From: Antedon mediterranea
Taxonomy: Eukaryota > Animalia > Echinodermata
Assembly (NCBI RefSeq): GCF_964355755.1
Contig: NC_092675.1
Location: 23,346,912 to 23,410,911, forward strand
Direction: 5' to 3'
DNA length: 64,000 nucleotides
Shown here: positions 1 to 12,316 of the stretch, piece after piece
Layout: each line of letters opens with the position of its first letter
Position numbering within the stretch: position 1 is the stretch's first letter
Translations under genes and position numbers: made by a program
Notes under the pieces: model-generated
Databases searched by the model: none
Told to the model about the DNA's origin: nothing
The model's input: the letters and a program-made list of their open reading frames with translations, nothing else

Positions 1-1076
1 CAATTGTTACTATTAATAGTCTGTGAGACAGATATGTGAAGAAAAGAATGGTATAGTTTTATAAAACATATAATGGTTGCTGTTCGATAAAATGAATAAA
101 CTGCCCAATGGTAAAACCGGTACACCGATTATATCAATTTTACATTCTTGTTAATCTATTTTAAATAATTAAAAGACTGTTAAAAGTTTATTGGATTTGA
201 AGAACTTCTGAAACAGTCTATAGCCTGTGAGACCTACCGTACACGATATAAACAGTTACACACAGTGCTATTTAACATTACCACCCGAATAATAATAATA
301 ATATTTTTATACAATAATAAGTGACCTCGTCATTTGGTCTATCATATGCTGTATACTTTAACTGCCTATCCCTCATTCCTTAGCATTGTAATGCTTTCGA
401 GCGTACGGTATGAATACATACTATTATTTTTATTTGTGTGATATAGCAATTCACGGTTCTATAAGTCATAATAGATATTTTATTGTCGTACCAACTTTGT
501 TATTCAAATATCAGGTTCATTGGAGTTTAGCAAGCATTAAACGTGTGTCTAGTATATTGTCGCTATTCTTTTAAAAACTTGTATCTCCTTTCTTTGCTGT
601 AATTGAGTTATTGAGCCCAATATGTTGTCAGTGTTATTGTGCAAACAATGGTGACGTTTTTAGTTTCAACTGTGACCAATCAGAAATCAGAAAACTGTTT
701 TATTTTCTGATCGTGATATTTTAAAGCTATAATCATAATGTCAGTATATGAAACAGCAAACGTTTTTATATAATTGTTTAATAATTCAATTTTACTTTAC
801 GTTTTTTATATAATTGTTTAGAATCTTGTGTATTGTGTAATTCGTTATATATTTTACAAACAGAAAATACAATAAACATAAATGGTGAGGACGTAATGTT
901 GTGTCCTACTGTAAAAATATGTCGATGGTTTTGTTGGTTTGAAAAAAAAGTGAATGTTAGGTTTTACATGGACATACCCGTATGCTATGTAGGCCTTCGC
1001 CTATTCTGCGTAGATTTAAAAAAAAAAACAGAAAATAATAATATAACATTTAATTTTTTTTCTTAATCTACCATAG

Positions 1077-4000
1077 TTTCTGAACAATGGAATATATCTA
1101 TCGAGTTGCAAGGTAGTTCACTGTGGGGTTATGTACAAGTTTTAAAAGATGGTCAATTGAAGTATATATGCAATGATTACTGGGACATTGAAGATGGACG
1201 TGTTGTCTGTACACAATTAGGTCAGTATAATGATGTATTTTTTGTAATCATCTACAAAACTTTAATAGGCGAACAAAGACACGGTCACACTAATAATAAA
1301 TTAAATCATATTATAATATTAATATTATATATAATAATGATGACAGTTATAATATTAGGTATTGCGACCATTGATGGTTGATATATTAACCAACCTGTCA
1401 GTTGGTTATACAGGAACCAAGTGAAAGATTGTAGTAGTCAGCAGTGAAGAAACTGCAGATACTGTTTAGTGTCGCTAGACATAATACTTTGTACGACAAT
1501 CGAGTGGCATAACTATAATACTGCAAGTTTCCATCCCACTGTAGAATAACGATTAACGTTCTCAATGTTTGAGTATCAAGTACAATTTACTTCAGATTGA
1601 CATCTAATGAGTATTGTTATATTATTAAGCTTCATATATATTTGCTGTTATTCAAAATGGTAATTAGAGAACCTGTTTTGTATTGTATTGATGCCACAAT
1701 TGACTATTGTTTTACCGGTACGTGTTTGTAGAAATAACATTGCTTTAATGACTAGAATTATAATTCTAGGGATGTCATAGGATTATGTTCAGAGACATCA
1801 TTTTAAATAGTATTTGCCTTTAGGTCTTGGTGATGTATTTACGGTTAGTGGAGAGACATACCCTACAGAAAATACTATACCAGATGGGTTCTTGTGCGAT
1901 GGAACAGAGAGTACGCTAACCGAGTGTCAACGTACATCAGATCTACCAGGTGACGAAAATACACGATGCAATGCAGCTTACGTATCATGTGGTCCAAAGG
2001 GTAAGTTAAATGTGTTGAGAGGACATAAAAGTTATACATTCTAATACATTAACGCTAGGCTGAAATCTAGAAAGACATCTTGAAATATAATTATTTTGAT
2101 ATGAAAAGTCATTTCGCGCCCAACTCAGGAACATACATGATCATGCGCAGAATGTTAGCTGCATATAGTGTCCCATCTCTACTCTTTCTGCATTGAGTAG
2201 GCCTATGCTTCATGAATGTATGTCGACTTCTTAGAACTAGGAGGAAATTCTCAATTTGAAATGTCCTACAAAAAAATGGTTTAATCATGTCAGTAAACAA
2301 AATGTTTTAAGTCTATTATCTCAATTATAGATTCTAAAGTGTACGATTGGAAAGAAATCGGCTGTTTTCAAGATAACAATAACCGAATACTTCCTGACTT
2401 AAAGTGCGATGAATCCACAACCGAGATATGTAGACATTGCTTAAATGACACCGGCCAGTATTTCTGTGCTGATTACCACGGAATGACTGTGGATCTATGT
2501 CTACAAGTATGCTGTGGTTATGGTTATACGTACGCAGGCTTACAGAATGGAGATCAATGCTTCTGTGGACACGAATCTGCTGACTATAGTAGATATGGGG
2601 AGAAGCCATCAACTGACTGCTCTTCCGAGTGTGAAGGCAACGCTGGGCAGGATTGTGGCGGTATATTCAACATGAAAGTCTACGAATGTAGTAAGTTAGA
2701 ACATACTATACAATTATTTCCTTATTTGGTCAGATGTTTTCCTCGGAGTGTTTTCTTGTTGTAACGTCATTCATTGATTATTCGCGTCAACAATAACCAA
2801 TTTTATTTGACGTATAGATTTTTGTATCTTATACTAATTGATATGGTATAATGTTATTATTTCCTAGTTTATCCTGATGCTAGCACAATACAAGATATAT
2901 CAACTGAATCATCGATTCCCACTTCTAGTGTATCACCAACCTCTAAAAGAGACACAAATACACCGGAAAATAATGTAACACCACCGATGACTACGGAATA
3001 CTCAAGTAGTGTAACAGTTTCAAAATCAAGCGAGCCATCTTCTTCTTCAACTTATCTTACTTCCACTAAATCAAACGAAGTATCTATGACTAACGGTGTA
3101 ACAGTCCCAACTTCAAGTAAAGAACCAACCAAATCCTCTGTCACATCATCTTCTACGGAAGATTCAAGTCGTATAACAGTTTCAAAATCAAACGAAGAAA
3201 CAAGCAAACCATTCTCTACTTTAACTTCTTCTATTTCTACTCAATCAAAAGTGTCTATGATCAGTGACGTTACAATGACAATATCAAGTAAGGAACCAAC
3301 CAAATCCTCTGTCACATCATCTTCTACGGAAGATTCAAGTCGTATAACAGTTTCAAGATCAAACGAAGAAACAAGCAAACCATTCTCTACTTTAACTTCT
3401 TCTATTTCTACTCAATCAAAAGTGTCTATGATCAGTGACGTTACAATGACAATATCAAGTAAGGAACCAACCAAATCCTCCGTCACACCACCTTACACTA
3501 TTACTAAATCAACGAAAGGTCCTGTATCTTCTTCAGTTACAAGCACACGTCAGTATTCAACAAGCGACGGAGATAAATTTGTAAAAACGACTATCGCGTC
3601 ATCAACTGGTGACGCAATGATGTCACGTAACCCATCTGAGTATTCAACATCAATGAGTTCAGTGAGAAACACGGATGGACCAAGAACATCTGAACAATCT
3701 TTATCATCGAATCTACCAAGCAATAATCCTACTACATCATTTAACAAGTCCCTGACAACATCTAAGGTGCAAGAAACACCGGTCGTTCTCACAAGTAAGT
3801 TACAAACGGTACACTACACTATTTTCTTACTACCGTCTTTGCATCAGAGATTATAATGAAAGATAACTGATGTCTTTGTTATCATTTGCTATTGGTATTT
3901 GGTATCGGGAGGTTGTATCCTGTTTTCTTTCTATAATTTAATTGATAATGATATAAAACATTATAGCATCAATATGATTATCTGTGATGATACTGTATAA

Positions 4001-4940
4001 TGTACGGTAATATGTTACTGTTTCGTCATTACAGCAAAGAAAAACAACGAAAACCCCGTTCCAAAGGACAGCTTAACGTCTAACGAAGAAGATGATTCAT
4101 TTTGGTGTAAGCTTTCAAATTATAAAAAGAGTTAGCGCTCTTGTTTTGAGCGTAGGTCATTGTGCAACGAAAATTCCACATGATTTTCTTTTATATAATA
4201 AATAGGATCGAGTGTCAACAATAAACTTTTGTTGTACAATGTCTTTTAACAATGTATCTTTGTTTTTGGTAGACTGGTATATGATATTGGGAACCGTGTG
4301 TTTGTTGCCTATTGTTTTAATTTTGTTTCGATGTTTCTGTTGGAAAACCAGGTAGGATTATTTATAACATTATTTAGTGTATAACTACACCAATGATTTG
4401 CTGAAAACACGTGTTTAACTTTCTGCAGAAGTAACAACTATAAAATCCTCTGTTCACTTTTGAGTTTATTCTGTTTTGAAAATATTTTCAAGTTAAACAT
4501 TTTTCAATGGTTCAAACAAATGAATTAATCTTTTGACTTCTTGTAGCAAGAAACACAAGTTCAACTACTCACAGAACAAGCCTAGCAAGATCAAAGGTGA
4601 ACTGGCAGACGACTGTGATTTCGATTCAATTGATGATAACTGTATTGTTACTAAAGGCACCATAGTAGATGAAGAGGTTCAACCGGTACCAATACCTTCA
4701 TATCTATATCCACCACCAACTGTAAACGATAACCAGAAGTTAATCGAAAAAGATGATCCAGAATTTACCGACTGGAACGTTGATAATAATGGCGTTGTCA
4801 ACACTGGTGTGTCTGTTGAAACTGAAACAAAACCCATTAACGGTGACGTTGAGGCGGCTGTAGACGCTGCAGATTTGTACAGTCGAGTTGATTTTTCAAA
4901 GAAAAAAAATCGACGAATGATTGATATGAATAATTTGTAA
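1077..4940 (+). CDS. Type I membrane receptor: SRCR + WSC + Ser/Thr mucin stalk + TM + tail with Tyr motif (5' signal exon unresolved)
   Basis: Phase-compatible GT-AG exons: 1077-1220 and 1824-2000 (SRCR, WGYV..ICNDYWDIEDGRVVCTQLG..CDGTESTLTEC..AYVSC); 2331-2690 (WSC, IGCFQD..MTVDLC..YAGLQNGDQCFCG..C..CEGN..CGG); 2868-3794 (S/T-rich); 4035-4106; 4273-4351 (TM, YWYMILGTVCLLPIVLILF); 4547-4940 (tail ending DLYSRVDFSKKK). A possible upstream exon lies at 822-884. Confidence 0.82.
3113..3486 (+). repeat. In-frame 171-bp (57-aa) tandem repeat in the mucin exon, about 2.2 near-identical copies
   Basis: TCAAGTAARGAACCAACC recurs at 3113, 3284 and 3455; the peptide SSKEPTKSSVTSSSTEDSSRITVS... repeats almost perfectly. 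Confidence 0.92.
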
Positions 4941-5820
4941 TTCTTTATTGTAGTACATTTATTTATTAACTTTATAGATTTTAATACTGACATTATTTTT
5001 TAGCACTATATTAATTTTTTCTTTACACTTGGCACAACAATTATAATATTGCCATTATTATTATAGTTATATATGTTTGCCAAACGTTAGTTAGATATTA
5101 GTTATGGATGAAATAATAACATTAATTTTTGTTATAGGCCTATTATTATCATTCAGCATTAAGCCAACATGATAAACATAACAAAGAGGACAATATACAA
5201 ATGCTATATTTAGTATAAACTATATTTACAAATGGTATGTCAAAATTGCAGCTAACATTAACAAACAAAGTCTGGAAAGAACTTTGACTTTGATTACAAA
5301 TATCAATTGATTACAAATGTTGTTATTTACCTTTTACTACTATAATTTCGCTTACTTATATTTAAATCAAATGTTTTTAGGATCATAAATAAACACAAAC
5401 ACTGGCATACATTTCAGTAAAATTAGCTGTATAAATTAGAAACACTTTACTTATTAGGCATATGATAATTATCTTGACATAAATAACGAATAACGTTATG
5501 TTTTAAAAAAAGTTGTACATCGGATATGTAAGTTTGTATCAGGGTGTTATATATAAGAGAGGCGAAGATGATTAAAAGCGAAAACTGTTTATTGATCACA
5601 ACTCGTGTTTTATTGTATTGAAAATGTTTTAGACGAAAGGTAAAAAATATTTAAAATCAATTAAAAATTATGAAATTTTATATCTGTAAAACTGTGTTCA
5701 GAACTGCATACAATAGAAGGCATGTTAAAGGAGAAATTCTATGGACCCAACAAAGTGTCTGTAAAAGACGAGTGTCCCTTGAATAGTGGTTGATCGTGTT
5801 ATACAGGTATTCCTTTCATA

Positions 5821-6006
5821 CAAAATGTCTCCAGAATAGGGGTGTGCTTTGACTAGGTGCTGGTAGTAGGCCTAGTGTTAATATATTACCCCTTATTCGT
5901 TTACACGGAGACCGTCCCCTCAAAATGTCTCCAGAATAGGGGTGTGCTTTGACTAGGTGCTGGTAGTAGGCCTAGTGTTAATATATTACCCCTTATTCGT
6001 TTACAC
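5821..6006. repeat. 100-bp-period tandem duplication, probably within a decayed MITE
   Basis: CAAAATGTCTCCAGAATAGGGGTGTGC...CGTTTACAC is present at 5821 and again at 5921. Confidence 0.85.
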
Positions 6007-6306
6007 AGGAGAGCGTCCCTGCAATATGTTCCTAGAATATCAGTGATGTCTCAAAGGAGGGGGGCCCTACTGTTATCGCCTTTTGGTTTCAAGAAAGAAA
6101 GTAGGACAGTAACAATGCTATAGTTATAACACATTTTCGTAGGCATCTTGCTGTTCAAACACACTTTGTATGAAGAAAACACATAAAGATAAACACAAAC
6201 AGAATAGTTATTTAAATGTATACAAATATTTGGTCTATCAATCGAATAAGGAAATCATCGAAACGTAGCTGATATACACAAAATATGCCTTTATTTTTGT
6301 TGTTAG

Positions 6307-8016
6307 TGTTTCCACGGTAACAATTCGGAGTTGATGATCCGTATAGAACGTGATTTTATTTTGCCAGAATTCGTATATAATAAGCCTGCAAATGCCTGTA
6401 TATTTGAGAATGAGTTATATTTAGTGGTTTCTAAGAAGGACAAAGGAACTAGACGCCATTCTATCTCGATGACTTGTACAAGGTAAAATCTCTCTGTTAG
6501 CTTATGAAAGAGTAGGCCTATAATCAGTCTGTATTAGATAGAAATGTCCATAATAGTTGTAATATTATGTAAAATAGCACAACTGAGACTTGGGCCCTAC
6601 ATTCATCAAAACAAAGAATTAAAAACTTATAAATGGATCTGTAAAGAATTGTGTCTTTCCTTGCCTAAACTGTGGCAACTAAATAGTAGATAAATTTATA
6701 TGCAGCTATTAGGCCTAAATACGTTTATGTTATGTTTTTATTTGATTTATTTAAGGAAAAGTAAATCCGCTTTGCAATGAATACAACGACACCATTGGAT
6801 TTTAATAACATTCCATTGATAGCAACTCAGAAACCATCAGAAAATAGTAACTTAGACATATTAGGTAAGTATATCCATTGAACGATTACTTACTTACTTT
6901 ATCTTCTAGGAAATGATGAGAAAGTCTAGTAATAATTTTTATCTTTTACATTATAAATATAAAAATACATTATTATGATTGCCTTAAAAATCTCTCACTA
7001 TTAGTATTACTATACCTTTGACAAGTATTACTTATGATAACGAATACGTATAAATTATAACAAAGCTAGATCTTATTAATAAGTATAATATTAAAGTTAA
7101 ATATTATAATTTGATACATTGAATATAGTATAACATAATACATACATATTAATACTGTAATACAAGATGTATTATAAAATCGTTTTGTAAGAGAAATAAT
7201 TTTATTTTCAGAGAGTCGTTTGATTGCAGACAGTATACATCCGGTACTTTTGCAATAAAATGTTTAATACAAATTAATGTGTTAAAACAGTTAAAAGAGT
7301 TATTAGATTAAAGATCAATTAATGTAAATATTACGGTAAAATGCATGCTTTAATTTCTATCCAGCGTACGTGACTATATCCTTTGCATTGGTGTTTTTGT
7401 TGTTCTTTTTGTGGATAAACTTAAAACATGTAAGGTAGGTAGATTTATTTTACATAAACAAAAGTTACAATTATAAAATGCTAGTAAGTATAAGATTTAC
7501 AAAATAAACATTGAATATATCCTGAGTATAAATATAATTAGCACCCCACGGGTTTATTTTGATTCTGTACCACATAAAAATCGTTTCTTCATTTCCTTCT
7601 TTTTTTTTGCGTTAACTTTACAAATTAATCATTATCTTCCAACCAGAAATAACAATCGGTTCCAGGGTTCTACACCAGTAATGGTACCACAAATCATCCA
7701 GATTTCTAGTATTAGCAGTAGGCCTAATTCATTAAGATCCATAGACCTAGATCGTACAATAAGCAGCATTCCTAGGAGCCAGCACTCTTTTGTTGCAGAG
7801 GACATGTATTCTAAGGTTCAGGAAACAACAAGAGAGAACATGAAAAATGATACAATTGAAAGAAACTCAAAGAAAAATAAACATAGGCCTAATCATGATA
7901 TATACGCTGATATCGATACAGTTATTGTTGAACCTTCATCAAGTAATACAGGAAAAACTGACCAAGCAGCCGTACCTATCTATGCCAAAGTAAATAAACA
8001 TCCGAAAAAAGTGTAA
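6307..8016 (+). CDS. Second type I membrane receptor: TM + tail with three YxxV/I motifs; ectodomain and 5' end uncertain
   Basis: TM exon 7365-7434 (AYVTISFALVFLLFFLWINLKH, phase 1 in, phase 2 out) splices in frame to 7647-8016 (EDMYSKV, HDIYADI, VPIYAKVNK). Candidate upstream exons 6307-6482 and 7212-7243 are phase-compatible; 6778-6864 is an alternative upstream exon. Confidence 0.55.
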
Positions 8017-8507
8017 TTCGTACTGATTTTCTCAGTTACATCTGACATTATCTTACGGTAAGCACCTGTAGTTTCTTTTCTTCTGATTACAAGCTATGTC
8101 TACTCTTACATTGCCTTTTTGTCAACCATTTGCGCAATCGTGAAGACAAGCTTGGTTCGAATCCTTTCGACGTGTGATTTTTACCTATTTACATTTACGA
8201 CTTGGTTTCGGAAACATTTAATTTTAATTATTATATTAATTAATATTATATTATCATTTATTTTAAAGAATTGTGCAAGTATATGTGTTAGCTAAGTTAT
8301 GCGGTTTACTTTTTCCAATATCACTATAGGTTTCTTTTAAGCAGGATGAATGAATTACTTATTTTTTATATACTGTTACTGTGGAAAATATGGATTTTTA
8401 ATTATTATCCATACATTTCATTTAAATACAGTAGGAATAATAAGAACATGCCAAACATTAAAAGCTATAGAAATTATGTCTGAATCAAATGTTTAATTAC
8501 TACAACT

Positions 8508-11161
8508 CTACATTATTGATGTTGCTGATTCATAAACGATATTTTCCTCCCAAATCGTATTTTTTAGATCACTGTAGTCATAAGTTGGATTGTTATCATT
8601 ATTTAAGCTTATATTATTTTTGGGGTCTTTTGTATGAAATGTGTTATCGTACTCTCTGCTGTTAATATATGTTGGTTCCAAATCCACATAAGACGGCTCT
8701 ACTTCATGGTAAATATCACCAGGTTCAGTCCCATTAGCTTTCGCCGATTCTTTATCATACTGTTTTGTAGTAGGCCTTCGAAAAAAAAAGGAAATATAAT
8801 AGTAAATTATGTAGGGTGTATAATTATATAATAATATGCAGTAATGTTATATTTAATTTTTATTTAAATTTTTCGATAGATATACAATTTAAGTACACAA
8901 TTTAAATTCTAATAATAATAATAATAATAATGTAATGTTTATCGTATTTTTGATGTTCTTATTTGTTGCTTTTAAAATGTTGTATCCCTGTAGTATTCAT
9001 GTCTGTTTTTAATATATTGATTGTTTTAAATAATATAAATATTGTATAATATTTTTCTTAAATTTTCTTAGTATACATTTTAAAATTTTGAAAATGTACT
9101 AATATTATTTCCATTTTAATTGGTAAAATAAAATTGAATCTTGAATCTTCTGTTTCAAGGTTTGTTACTAAACAGTACTACATTCAATGATTGTATTTCA
9201 TCACACTTAAATCCACAGTCACTACTGTATGAAGTTTATTTATGTTTATTTATTTACAAACATATTTAACTGGATAACATTTTCATTTACAAAATTATAT
9301 TTTTACAAATGGTACACGGAGAGAATAAATTATTCAGAAAGCCTATTAGGCCTAAGTCTTCCAATCAATCAACTCATGTTTAACAGTAAGTAATTCAACA
9401 TACCATTTGAACAAAATAATTCCCCCAATAACAAGTAAAACGACCACACGCAGACAACACCAACGGACAAGTACCACCGCCAGTTACCGTTTGATTGGTT
9501 TAAATATTATCTAGAAACATTAACAGGAATACGTTAGCTTAGGCCTAAATATATGTAATATAAACAAGTTTTGGAAACATCAAAATTGGAACAATAACTG
9601 GTTAAGATACCTGTTATTATACCGGCCAGATGACGTTTAAAGCCTCTTATCCACTTTTTAAAATAAATAAATTTCATCCAATAAGTGTTGGTGAAATCTG
9701 TCCATCAAATGGGCTAATAATATCCATTATTTGGGTTTGTTCTCTCCAAAATAAAGGCCGCTGAGGGCGCTGGTGTCCACGATATGGGCTTTCCATTTAT
9801 AAAGCATGAACTCCTGAGCCACAGCATGGTTTGAATTTTTTTCACATCATAAAATGGAAATACAAATATACATGCGCATAAACCAATATGAATACATTTT
9901 ATCGAGTGGAAAACAACAAAGTTCGAAATGAAAATAATGATAAAAATGTTCTTAATGCGTACACATACCTTTGAATTAGAAACAAATTACTAGGTTACTT
10001 AGGCCTACCTTGTTTTTTTAAAACAGTAGACATTGTTTCCGTTGACTGCATGTGATTATTATACCTACAAAAATCATTTAGTTATAATTATATTTGTGTA
10101 TATCAGCATGTAGAAATATGCTATACCATTGAACCGTGGTATACAACGCATTACGATAATATAAAGAACATTAGTATAAGTATGTTGCTAAGTTAGTTTT
10201 TGTGATTATCCTGTGTGTATTACACATGTTACCCATATGAATTGTCGTCTAGTCCTACTTACGTTGAATTAGAAGACCGAAATGAGTTCTGAGTTGAAAG
10301 CAAATCTTCATCTGTTGTAACTTTTGGATATGGACGATCTGAATTCGATTTTATTAGTAGAGTTGTAGAAGTAGTCTTATAAAACGTGGTTCCTTGTGTT
10401 GTTACGTCTGAAATTCAAGAACTAAAACATAGCAGAAAAAAACAACATGCCAAAAGGTGACTCTATTTATTGTATCTATGGCATAGTTAGGCCTACATTA
10501 TTAGGTAGACCTAACCTAACCTTCTTTTGTTTTTATATTTAGAATAACACCACAAAGAAAATAAGATTGTAATCATGTTTAATTATGTTTCAACAACAAA
10601 ACTCACAGGAATTTCCAAAAAAACTTCGGTATATCTTACATATATATTTGCCTATATATTTTTAGACCATCACTTGACTGCCTCACTATAAGCAGTAGCT
10701 ATTGCTCAAACCAGAGTTTGGGTAATGTGTTGACCAGTTGTCGTCCCAACGTTGGCATTTCTTATTACTTTTTGTTCTACTCAAGAAACCTCTGTAGTCT
10801 GAAGCATCGCTTCTTGTGTAACATTCTGGAAGTTATGTAGAATGAATATGATATGCATAGATGCCATTGTAAAAATCATTCAATTTAACATAAACATAAC
10901 AAAGAATCAATAGTTCACCTGCAGGTACGTTATATAAATTGTTAATACTGACTTTCGATCAACTTAATGAGTAACAACAATATCATTGGTTATAGATGAT
11001 GAAGAAGAATTAGGCTTGCTTCTTTCCTTTATCTCTAGACCTATATCGCTTTTTTAAATACCACTGTATTCTTACTTACCGTTTGCTTCAAGTCCACACA
11101 TTAAACAGTAGAACATAAGTATACTGGGTATTACACCGATACATTTAGGCCTAAACAACAT
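8508..11161 (-). pseudogene. Kringle-mucin-TM receptor with Tyr-rich tail; kringle and TM exons disabled (absent from the ORF track)
   Basis: Signal exon 11161-11080 (MLFRPKCIGVIPSILMFYCLMCGLEAN). Kringle exon 10825-10607 (ECYTRSDASDYRGFLSRTKSNKKCQRWDDNWSTHYPNSGLSNSYC, then in-frame TAG, TGA, TAA). S/T exons 10407-10263 and 10064-10009. TM exon 9510-9404 needs two 1-nt corrections (WRWYLSVGVVCV/VVLLVIGGIILFK). Tail exon 8775-8508 is open (DIYHEV, SYVDL, NPTYDY, ENIVYES). Confidence 0.7.
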
Positions 11162-12316
11162 TGTAGCCCGTTTTCTTATAATAGACCCAATACAATGCAA
11201 TTATGTGGAGTAGTGTCGACAGTGTTTTAGGTACGGTAGGTTACTTTACTTAATCACAGGAAACTTGACACACCTTTATAGGATTTAAAAGTGCACTCAG
11301 ATCAGCTGTGTTCAACTCGCAATGAATCTATAGGTCTGTGTATTAATATTTGTATGTAGTTTTACATTGTTTGTTTGTTTTGTTCTTCAGAATACGCCAT
11401 CTTTGCGTTCAACTGTTGAATTCGTCATATAAAGACATGATGCAGAATTGACGCCCGTACACAAAAACCTCACGGAACCATTAGTCGATAGAAAGAAAAA
11501 AACCTTGTGTTTTATCATTAGTTGCTTGTATCCGGTTTTTCCCAATACCCTGTATATACTCCATCCAACATAGATTTATATCAATGCGACAAAATTGAAA
11601 TACGTATATTTAATTACATTTTGTAGTAGCCAATAATATTACAAAACCATTAAAAACAAAGGCCTAGATATACAAAATAATACTGTATTAGTTGACTTTG
11701 TTACGCCTTATGTAACCGTCAATTATTTCTAACGTATACCGTGTGCTAAAAATAGAATAGAGCATGTAGGCTACAACCACCGGATTTTAAAGACAAGTCG
11801 GTTTGAGAACTAGGAAGGTATACTAAAAAAAAGATTATGTATAGAGGGTTGATTTACTTTGGTCATTTTGTAGGCCTACTATTATTTGTAACGATTTTTC
11901 CTCCTGTAGACTAATTAAGTGATAATTATTTGAATGTGAATTGTGATAAGCTATTAGTATTCTGGCAAGGATAATTAAATACAACAGACAGTTTGTAATG
12001 ATAAAACGAAGTGTCGGCGGTTAGTACTGCAATTGTTTTGTAGGTGTAGGTATTTGGTTTTTCAGTCCCACAGCATCAATGAAAACCAACAAGACTGACA
12101 ACGACCAATTTTCCAATCGTATAACCGTAAGTTTCTCAAATGAATTTAGGCAAAAATGAGTCAGATATTAATGCATAATCAAATTCTTTTCTACATTAAC
12201 TACATTGAAATCTGTTCTTACTGTCTATTGAAACGAACAAAGCCCATTTTATATAGCCGTTTCTGTGACTGTAGAATTTATTTTAAACCCGTTGTGGACG
12301 ACTACAGTATTCTTAT

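Noticed and set aside
346-650. Candidate signal-peptide exons for receptor 1 (MLYTLTAYPSFLSIVMLSSV at 346; MLSVLLCKQ at ~622)
   Set aside because: Both end in phase 2, whereas the downstream exons need phase 1; the start cannot be assigned from sequence alone.
7970-8000. Horizontal transfer from Helicobacter cagA
   Set aside because: Similarity is limited to an 8-residue linear motif within an intron-containing host gene; convergence is far more likely.
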